Source of the DNA: Trichoplax adhaerens
Lineage: Eukaryota; Animalia; Placozoa
Direction of reading: 5' to 3'
DNA length: 64,000 bases
NCBI RefSeq assembly: GCF_000150275.1
Contig: NW_002060957.1
Location: 1,543,407-1,607,406 of the forward strand
Numbering within the stretch: the first letter of the stretch is position 1; every line of letters starts with the position of its first letter. Below, piece after piece: positions 53,884 through 64,000 of this stretch. A program made the position numbers and the translations under genes. Under the pieces are notes generated by a model that worked only from the letters and a program-made list of their open reading frames with translations, searched no databases and was not told the origin of the DNA.

Positions 53884-56467
53884 ATGGGTCCAAAAAATCA
53901 TCGTCAAAAATCATCCAAAGGCTATACTATCGATTTACTATTAAGTGACAGCGAAACAGATGGAAAAGTAAAAGATGGCCAACTTTTTAATGCTGTAGGA
54001 TATGCCAATAGTCCAGGTAATAAAAACAGCTTTTTCCGCTTTACTGTAGTCATATCTAGAGGTGAGCTAATACTACAAGTATCCTATTTTATATTGAAAT
54101 TCGCATATTAGCATATTAATTGCAATCGTAACAAGTTTGCTCTATATTAATAGTATGGATCTACAAATACTCATTTGCTAAGTATTTTATTCAATTTACT
54201 TTAGTAACAATCTGTTGATGTTAATTTAGCATATGAAATCCTAGAGAGGCATCTTGTATTTCATTTAAAGTGATGATCTACTGCCGTTATATAATTACTT
54301 AGTCACTATTTCTGGTAACATAATCCTATGGTGACCTTAGCTGCAGTAGTATAACGATTAAGCAAAAATGCAATAAATTTGAACTTTTTATTGCTTATTA
54401 AATGACGCAATATATTTTTTACTGAAATAATTAACACTTTCTACATAATAGCCTTAAATTGCTCGCCATTAGTATAAATTGCGTTAGGATAGTAGTGATG
54501 AATGCTGATTATGGGATATTATCAATTCTACTTGCTATCGCATTCGCATGAATATTTCTTCCTAATCTCTGTAAATCCAATTAAGATAAAAATTTCTCCT
54601 TCCTTGGCGTATAGAAAACGTAATTATTTGATTTTATAGCATCTCAATTTGTAACTACTTTCAACACTAGATGTCAGCAATAGAGAAAATTTTCTGTTGC
54701 TGAATTTGAAAAAGCATAGTTGACAGTATTGCAAACATACTGAGTAAAATACCGGAGCAGTCAACAATATTATTTTATACTCTAAATTTGTTGCGACCAG
54801 GTGTACGTGTAACTGCACAATCTACAGTACATAGTTTAGGTAATAGAAGTGGTTATGACTTGACAAGGGGGACAGCGACCTATTCTAGTTGAATCATTAA
54901 GAAAAACAATTTGCCTTTGACTGAGAATTAGAATAGCATGTATTACAGACTGCAGGATTATCCGCCATATATTTCCAATATTAGTTTTTTCATGATGAGA
55001 TGGCTATTCTAGATAGAAAATATTTATAATAAGTTGCAATGGTAGATATTGAAGATCATCGTATTCTGCGTCGCTAGGAAGCATTATTTCGTGTTGTATT
55101 CGTTCAATAATGCGAGCGTACTTATTCCTTAAAACCCAAGTATCTAGTTGTTGAGTTCTTACTGATATCAATAAATGCTAATAAAATCTAAATTACTTTT
55201 AAATACATGCTTTGAAGAAATAATGTAGCATTTAGCCGTAACTATGCATATTGAGATGTTAAAAAAGACTAATGCAGCTTCTTGTTTTGATAATTACGAC
55301 AGATAAAAGTAGCAAATGCCAAAGTTCATATTAATAATTAAAATGATTAATCATCCCTGTTACATTATTAAAACATTTTAAACTTCTTTAGCAATAATAT
55401 TAGACTCTGTATTATCATACAACGATGTTCTATGTGTATCATTAATTTCCTTGTAAAGTACCGCTACAACTGAATTCTCATGTGAATATTCTTACCTATT
55501 AATTATTTGTACCTATATTACTATTGCTTGATTATATTACGTATTTGTACTACTGTCTCGTCTCATATTAATCCTTTATCATACATATTATTCCGATAAG
55601 TAATATCGTCTCTTGTAAAGTAAAGTAGCAAGTAAATATCAAGCGATAACATATTATAAGATTTACAGGAGAATACAGAAAAGGATGATCTTGTTTCTAC
55701 CCATAATTCAATACAATTGACATTCGTTGTCCATTTTCTGTTTTAGATAGTAGTAAGTCTAGTGGTGATGGCATCGATGAAAGTACAACTACGATGCGTT
55801 CAAAGGGTAATAACAGAAAATCGAAGAAGCTTAGGAGAAGTCGAACTACCTTTACTACCTTACAACTTCATCAGCTTGAACGAGCATTCGAAAAAACACA
55901 ATACCCTGACGTCTTTTCACGTGAAGACTTAGCTATGCGATTAGAACTAACGGAGGCTAGAGTTCAAGTAAGATAATTATGATTTTAATATCATAGACGA
56001 CGATTGTTAGTCTATGAATGTGATATTACTCATCGCTGTCTCGACCATTAATTGTTAATGGCATGAATGGAATTCCAAATATCAAATAGGTGTGGTTTCA
56101 AAATCGCCGCGCTAAATGGAGGAAACAAGAAAAAGCCACTGGCCGAGAAAGTCCTCTTGGAGATTATCCCCTTGGGCAAAATGTTCAAGAAGGTCAATTA
56201 CGAAGTTCGAATGGTTATGAAGGAGTAGTATTTTCAGGATATCCGTATAAATCGGCAGTTCCATTAGTAACTACCATGACAACTGCATATCCATATAATA
56301 CCAACATTAATTCAGTGGCACGTTTTGGTCATCAGATACCATATATTGATTACTCGAAGGCAACTTATATGAAAGAGTTAGCAGCTTTGGCAAACACTAC
56401 ACCAGGAATTTATAACGGTCCTGCTATCGCTAATTATATTAACGGGCTTCACGTAATTCGCAATTAA
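53884..56467 (+). CDS. hbn: Homeobrain-like PRD-class Q50 homeobox protein
   Basis: Exon 1 starts at 53884 (donor after 54016 or 54061, both phase 1) and has the eh1/octapeptide-like GYTIDLLLS. Further exons 55747-55967 and 56090-56467. Homeodomain [46 protein letters not shown]|[14 protein letters not shown]; [13 protein letters not shown] and KTQYPD are Hbn-type rather than Rx/Arx. No OAR seen. Confidence 0.88.
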
Positions 56468-58053
56468 GTAAATTAGTTGATAGTATTAGATCGATTACAT
56501 CTTAGATAATTTACTAAGTCAATGCATTTGACAAATCGCATTTGCGTATTTAATGATAGGTGCATTTGTTTCCATAGCATTGGAAAAATATGATTTTATT
56601 TTTGTTACGTAAACTACAATGATATTTCGTACCGTAATACCGTGCTTATACTCTAGAATTTAGAAAAAGATGATATGCGACCTGTGTCTAATTTACTATA
56701 GTTCAGTTAGATAATACGTCAATTATAATCGAAATCCGAGTTCTATTTTATTTATTTATTTTCTGTATATTCCAAATGTGTAATCAATTAGGCAACAAAG
56801 CTATCATTTATTTATCCTTATCTATTTGTTTATCATACGAGAATCTAGATTTTCAATTTAATCTATTCATTAATTTGTCAACCAAGTGTTAAATTAATAA
56901 TACCAATGTGCATAGAATGATATATTTTATTCTTGATCCAGTAATCGATCTCATACTGGGTATTTGCGTTAGTTTGATATCTTAAGCGTATGCGTACATA
57001 CATATATCGCCGTATATATTCTTATCCTATATATCAAATCCGTGATGTGAGCAATCCGCTGTAGCAACTATCCATCTGCTAGATCTGCTTACGGCAACAG
57101 ATTTAGCAAATAATAACGACATTACTTTGCACTTTTACACTTTTGACGTAGCCCCTGCATAACTATAGCTGTCATATTCATGTTATTACCATTTAACGTG
57201 GTGTCTTCATTATCTTAATCTGCTCGATATTTGATACGCCTGATTATAACTTCACACTAACTGCATTATTAAGGTAAAGTACGTTGATCATTATTAACTT
57301 ACGAAGCCTAAGCATTCATTCTTACGATTATATTCGCCGAATATAGCAATGTTTGTGATAATTTATGGTTAATTATATTTACTACTATGAAGGTCTAACT
57401 TTTTTATAGATTTCAGTAACTATGTCACCATTACAGTCTACTCGTGTCTGCTATTTTCATTAGTGTTCAACGTAACCGCACTATGCTTTAGCATTTCTCC
57501 GCTAAAATCCTTTTTAGGGATTAGTCATTAAATTTAATTTATTGCTGCTCTATTTTTTTTAACTCTGAAGAAAAATACCCCAATTCATGCTGGCCGAAAA
57601 ATATTTTTAATTTCAATAAAGTTCATTGATACATTGCACTCTACAATTGGTTGTTGAAGTTGTATTGACTTTAATCGCCAGACAGAAGACGCAGTCAACC
57701 ATATCTATACCCTATTCTATATATTAAGGCTAATCTTATAAATTATGAACAACATGCATCAGTTGCAATTGTACAATGGATTCTTTACAAGCAATGATTT
57801 TATCAAAAATATTGGCGTCGAGCAAATTGCGATGCAAATAAAGTGTTGTCGTTCCATCTTTAACTAGACAAACATCGAAAGACACTTTATCGAGACTTAA
57901 AGGTCTGTGCATAGGACATGCGTATAATAGATTTTAAAACTGCATGAAACGACCATCTGTTTATATGAATATAGTTACTACCATAACAATTAATCATTAA
58001 CTTAGTTCGATAAATTCACAAATAAAGATATACGATTATCGTGCGCATTGAAA

Positions 58054-60405
58054 TTATGAAAGTTTAAGTTTTTTGGCACTATTTCCAGTCTCAAAAGAAC
58101 TTAATTCTGAAATATTTGGAGCGGCATCTCGTATTCCACTGGTCTAAAATCGTAAAGTAATGATAAGGGTCAGTGAGAACAATTGTCAACTTAATATATT
58201 TCAATGATTGTACTTCCTATCATGATATTAACCTTGATCTGAAAAGACACGGTGGCATTTTGCTTCTGCGGTGATTTATATAAGCGAGCGTATCTACGCC
58301 AAGATAAATTACAATATACTCTATATTAGTGCTAATGAAGGTACATTTTATTCAAGTAGAATTTACCTGACGCCGTTTTCCATAAATAGGATGGTACGAT
58401 TTGCACACGTGTGACCCCAAGTCTCTCCTATGTGTTATATGATCAATTAATGAGTGAAATTGTTACTTAATTTAGTACTTATTGCCTGCATTATACTTTG
58501 TACCTAAAGCTGGTAACAACTGACTTGAATCAGAGTTGGAATTGAATCTCATCGTAATATGATTGGTTAGTACAACCTATATAAGATATCGAATAATTTA
58601 GAAGTATAAAAGGGGGTTGTCAATAGATCAATCTTAAATTAATGATGAAAACTCTTACCGCCAGTTCGTGATCTGTTGCGATGCGAATCAGTTGTTGTGC
58701 AATTCCATTTAATACTCTTGTTCTCATTACCAAGTCATCGAAAGAGTAACGAAAGGGAGAAGCGATACTATCCACAATAATTAATCGGACCTAGTATAGT
58801 TGATACACTACAGACTTTGTAATTCTCCAGGCAGGGTTATGACATTCATCTTAAACTTTGATTATTCTATTCTCGCTATCAAGTCATACCTTTCTACTTC
58901 TTTCTTGAATAAAATCTTCTAAAATGTTTACAGTTGCTATTACTTCCAAATAGTTCAGACAGCGGAAACAGTAGATATGCTCCATGATAAATTCAGGAGT
59001 AAAAGTTGATAGTTTTGACGCTGATTCTAATGTATATATATATATATATATATATATTTATGAAGACAAATATCCTTGTTTTTATACCCATCTTGAAAAT
59101 AAGAGTAAGAATATAAACCTGCCCATAACCTTTATGACCTTTAATATTTTGTCTCGCTTCTTTAATACAAATCAATAAGGAGTCTTACCTTTATCATCAT
59201 TTTTCTCAACGGTGGCATTTAGATAGCCTACGGTAGCTTTGGCTATGTCATACAATCTTTCTGGCAAAAAACTGCCCTCGGTATCTACCGATTAATATTT
59301 ACAATTTGCTTGATTTATAAGTATCATATATACGTATATTAAGCCATCTCGATCAACTTGAGGCGATATTACGTCTAAACTAAAGTCATATTGATGGGGA
59401 AGTACATCTTTCTGAATCGTATTGAATAACGAATGTAACTTACCAATGTAAATGACGGATCCATTACATCCGCCACATTCTTCCATAATTTGAGCACTGA
59501 CAGCCAATTGCATGCTAGAAAATGGTCGTTCAACGCAGTGGATGTATCATATCGATTTATTAATTTATTAGGCAAGTAATTTTGCAATGTTAAGTGTACT
59601 ACTATACATGATTCTATTCAATGACAGACAGCCTGTAATTAGACTTATAGGTAACATAGTAAAAAAAGGAGAAATCATTACAATTATAATTATTATTACT
59701 GCTTTTATGCCTATTATAATTATATTATGATGACAAATTCATTCCTTTGCTTACCATAGTTGTGTTTTACCAATGCCAGGGGGCCCACAAAACTCTGTAA
59801 TCTTTCCTAGAGGTATACCACCACCGAGAGCTTGATCTAACTTTGCACAAAATGTGACTATAGGATTAAGGTTTTGCTCATTTTCTAGTAGTTGTTGAAC
59901 TGGGATTAAGGCATCGTCTAATTGCTGAGAAATTTGCGTTGCATTACGAGCTACTTGGATCATTTGTACTGCATCTGTATGACTGATTCCGGTATCTACG
60001 AGATTAATTACATCAAAAGTGGCAACCATAATCTGTCGTTGTACATGTCTAACTTATCAAGTATGCAATTCTTTTATAAATTAGGGGAAATAGTAAAGAC
60101 TAGCCCCCATAGTAAGTGCATCGTTACGGCTTTGCTATCGATGCAAATGATGTGTTTGCTATACTCGTATGCGTGTATTAGACAACAACACAATTACATA
60201 CATGATGCTCTACTGTATGCTGTTGTACATTAAGGTAGTACACTTAGCCATTATATGCGAACGATGTTAACTATGCAGTTTTCTAACCTTGGCTTAGCTC
60301 TAATGGCGTCGATGATAATAAATCTCCGACGGTTTCATAACCAGTAGAAGTTAATTTGACAATTTGCCATTGAGGCAGCTTTAGAGAGTTAATCTGTTGC
60401 TGCAT
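58054..60405 (-). CDS. RAD51C: DNA repair protein RAD51 paralog C, about 10 exons
   Basis: ATG at 60405 ([26 protein letters not shown]). [41 protein letters not shown] (Walker A), [47 protein letters not shown] (Walker B, RAD51C-typical), PALGETWGH and LYKSP. Stop at 58056-58054. Confidence 0.95.
59033..59056. repeat. (TA)12 microsatellite in a RAD51C intron
   Basis: Direct read; lies a few nt from the minus-strand splice acceptor at ~59027. Confidence 0.95.
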
Positions 60406-61540
60406 CTGACCAACTTATTTGCATTGCATGCGATTGACGAAACGTGTGTGAAAAAAATGAATAAGTGCATACGCGTATGCTGTACAGTACAGTACAGTAC
60501 AATAATTTTAAGTCATGAGCGACTTGCAGCAGCCTACCTCGTCTACCAAAAAAATGTTATTTAGTCCTAAAGCTAAGATGCTTCCATGGTTGATAGTTGC
60601 ACAGCCTACCATAACATGGACTAAATGCTAAAAAGTTACGCACTGTCTTGAACTATTTCTTGTAGTCCATGATACTGTACATACTGTATTTGTTGTGAAA
60701 GCTTAATACAATAGTCCCTGGTATAAAATATTTTGTACCTTTGTGGGGCAGTTCAAAAATGCCAAATTGAAAAGGACCCCACATACAGTGCTTTGTACTG
60801 TACATTGTATTACCAGTACTGTACTGTACAGTATTTAAATCATGATGGGCGCTACGGTAGTAGTAGAGGTGATACATGACGTCACTTCTGAGAGACTGAC
60901 GTCATCTTAACGTCATTGATGAATAAGAATTCTAGATGCGACTCTCGTCCAAGGAGAAGGTGATCATTTTGCTGGTCATTTCACTGTAACGTACTGTACA
61001 AAATCAATACGCCAGGCAGAAGAGCGTATAGATTCATTCTACGCATAGAATGAATGGAAGAAAGAAATGGTAAGTAAAATCGTTAGCCGACTGATTGCTA
61101 CTAAATAGTTTGACTTCGTTCTCTTCTCTGTGCTCCCGCAGACGTACAGTACAGTACTGCACACTGCACAGCACCGTTCTGTACTGTACAGTACAGTACA
61201 GTACAGTACAGTACTGTTCTGTACGGTACTACTGTACAGTATACAGTACAGTACGGTACTGTACAGTACATTGTATTGTTGTACTGTTCGTTGTACCGTA
61301 CGATGTACTGTACACTGTACAGTAGAGTAACCTGTCAAATGCCAACCTGGCTTCATTCTCCGATCCTAGTTTTAATGAGCATCAAGGACTGATAGCGAAC
61401 ATTTTCTGTCGAAATTCTAACCAAAAGATCTACTTCTCTACTACTCACGATTCTACAGACTGTGCGTTTTATAAAGTCATCTATAGTGTTGAACTCAAAA
61501 TCGACTATTGACTAAGTAGGTAGGTGATTGCTCATCAGCC
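60406..61540. promoter_or_regulatory. Divergent promoter region between RAD51C and FUNDC, with TACAG arrays and tandem CRE sites
   Basis: Head-to-head ATGs about 1.1 kb apart. (TACAG)3 at 60483-60497, (TACAG)5 at 61187-61211, and dense degenerate units at 60670-60835 and 61140-61325. TGACGTCA at 60877-60884 and 60897-60904. Confidence 0.75.
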
Positions 61541-62595
61541 ATGTCAGAAATTGTGCCAGCGGATTCCAACGATGATGATTATGCCATCAGTACCATCAAC
61601 ATCGGTTCAGTTGGATCTCAAGTTGCTGTTGGCGGTGTATCTGGATGGTAAGAATGACGTTCTAGCATGATCATTTCGAATTAATGATAGGACAAGGACA
61701 AATGCAGATTCACCACAGATTAACGTTGAATGGATGCATTAGCATTTATAATATTGTGTCCGGTAGTGGAGCATTTCCTGATTCTATCCAATACTAAGAG
61801 CAAATACTCAAAATCAGCTTTCCGTCGCATTTACTGTACTGTACTGTAGTGTAGTAACTGTATTGTTCTGAACTGTACAGCGTACATGGGCAATTTGAAA
61901 TGACCTGAAAGTTGATGGTGGACCAACGATTACAGCTAAATGATACAGCCTTACATAGGCGAAACAAGAAGGCTTTTACTACTGTTCTCTCTAAGAATAA
62001 CGCGACATCTCTACTGTAGTTAATAAGGAATAAATCACTTCATTTTGACGTTGCATTGTTAATCAATTTTTGAACGTTCTTCAGGTGCATTGGACACGTT
62101 TGCAAGCGGGTTGGAATACTAGCCGCGACGACGCTTGGGGGCGGATTGCTGGCTTTAAAGGTAGTAATTATGATGACTAATTCATAAAGCGTTTATAGAT
62201 TTCTGTTTCTTGCAGCTCTATTACACATTTTTTGGCCTTCTATAAAACTAGATTGCATCGGATCGAGGATACATCAAAATTAACTGGGGTCGTGTTAACA
62301 CTGATCTTCAGAGGGCAGCTGATCGGCTTAAGGAAGCAACAAATAATCAAGAAATAAGTTCTTCTCAAGCAATGGAAGAAATGAAAACAAAAGTATGCTA
62401 TAAATGATGTATTCTTTCTGAATTGGACATGGTGAAAGTAGCCTGCATGCCTAGTTATAATGTTATTACAATAAATGCCTGAGCCCTTACTCAATTTTCT
62501 CTGACTAATTATGACAGATACAAAAATTTATCAAGTGCAATGCTGTTTTGACGGCAAGTTTTGGTGCTGGTATTTTAATTGGAATAACCTACTGA
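61541..62595 (+). CDS. FUNDC1: FUN14-domain mitochondrial outer-membrane protein (FUNDC1/2-like), 133 aa; absent from the ORF track
   Basis: Exons 61541-61647, 62085-62160, 62252-62392 and 62518-62595 are in phase: SVGSQVAVGGVSGW|CIGHVCKRVGILAATTLGGGLLALK|IASDRGYIKINWGRVNTDL..|IQKFIKCNAVLTASFGAGILIGITY*. This matches the FUN14 pattern. Paralog assignment (FUNDC1 vs FUNDC2) cannot be resolved. Confidence 0.9.
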
Positions 62596-64000
62596 ATTGG
62601 GTATTGTAAGGAAAGGGTGCTAGGATGTAGAATTTCAAGCACCAAAAGTTAAAATTGCTCTGCGATACTGTGGCAGACTTTTGTATTTGAAATCTTCATA
62701 TATTGTATACAGAAATTTATTTATTTATAATAATATCTATCGCGCTTAGACAATCTCTAAATTCAATAATATCATACTTTCAAAATGTCTGATCAGTCTT
62801 CATTATGAAATCAAATTTTGAAGCAAATCAGCGTTACATTGATGACTGTTAAAGCATGTTTACTATATTTCATCATTTTACACATCAAATGAAATCATGA
62901 TTTACTGTTGTATATTGATTAAATATATATAATATAACAGTAAAACTTTTCCATAGGTAAAGAATGTTTTTTCGGGTGCGGTTTTTCTATTTGTTAGCCT
63001 TTTGCTGACGGACTCATTGCATGCTGGTGTATCGCTGGAATGTGTTGAAACTGATCAACTGCTTAACTCTGGTATGAATAATCCAGAACAAGTGTGCATT
63101 TTCTACAAATTCTATTCGTTTGATATCCTCCAATTCTGTATTTCGTCTCGCATCCATGCATTTTGATTTTCGCTATTTTACTAATGATTTTGCAGGTGAA
63201 TAATAGTACAACTCGAAACTAAATCTACTTCTACATTTGGTAATTGAAGGAAAATTAATGATTAGAATTTTCGAAATCAGTGTTAATAATACAACAGAGC
63301 GTTTGTTTAATAAATATCTGTATACTGATGATCATCATGTAATACCAGATTTATTTGCTAAATGTGAACCAGCACCTTAAATACGTGATTGCAATAATAA
63401 ATTTAATCAATGTATAGAGTGCATCCAACTGGAGAAGATATGGAGGCATTCAGTATCTGACATCAAACCGGAAAATAATAAATGCTGATTTTTTAGGTGG
63501 CGTATTGATATATATGAGGTTCGTAGCACTGCTTGAGTCAAGTGATAAATCTCGTATAGCGTGCAACATAATTTAAGGTTTAATAGGAAAACTGTAACGT
63601 AACAGGATAAGGTAGATTTATAGTTAAAATAAATCTGTAAGCATAAATCAGTGTATGTAATCGTAAGGTAAGACCGTATGAGTACAGAATGAAGGTAGAA
63701 TGTAAGAGAAGGATTAACGTAAAATTATATCAATCTTAAAAATTACCCAGAAGAACTACAAAAACTGTTCACATAATAACAAGCATTCGTTTCAATAGTA
63801 ACAAATGAAGCATGCTTGTCCATGAGTTACACGTGTGAAATTACATTTTAGGTGAACATAAAATGTCTGCAATTGTGTACAACAAGCGTAATAGTACATA
63901 TATGCAATAGATGCTTAATACATACTAACAAATCTAAATATATAATAGTTACCTACTATACTATCATATGCAATAAGTATATCTAGGTTTCGAAAAAGTT

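Overview
AT-rich, intron-dense eukaryotic (animal) DNA with short GT-AG introns. Gene content and compactness suggest a placozoan such as Trichoplax (inference). Manual exon reconstruction gives, left to right: SCAPER (+); a minus-strand LGR/relaxin-receptor-type GPCR end whose tail appears to splice in frame into a catalytically dead kinase-like domain, cut upstream by a 50-N assembly gap; a GH20 beta-hexosaminidase (+); the PRD-class homeobox genes orthopedia (Otp) and homeobrain (Hbn) in tandem in a large gene-free landscape, with no visible Rx (reduced HRO cluster); RAD51C (-) head-to-head with a FUN14/FUNDC gene (+). Main non-obvious observations: (1) a putative GPCR-pseudokinase fusion; (2) dense TACAG/CTGTA pentamer arrays upstream of all four housekeeping genes but neither homeobox gene; (3) a 23-bp palindrome with a perfect 8-bp target-site duplication (transposon footprint) and a 114-bp MITE-like hairpin; (4) a thrice-repeated 29-bp motif between Otp and Hbn. 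All calls come from reading the sequence by eye, with no database searches.
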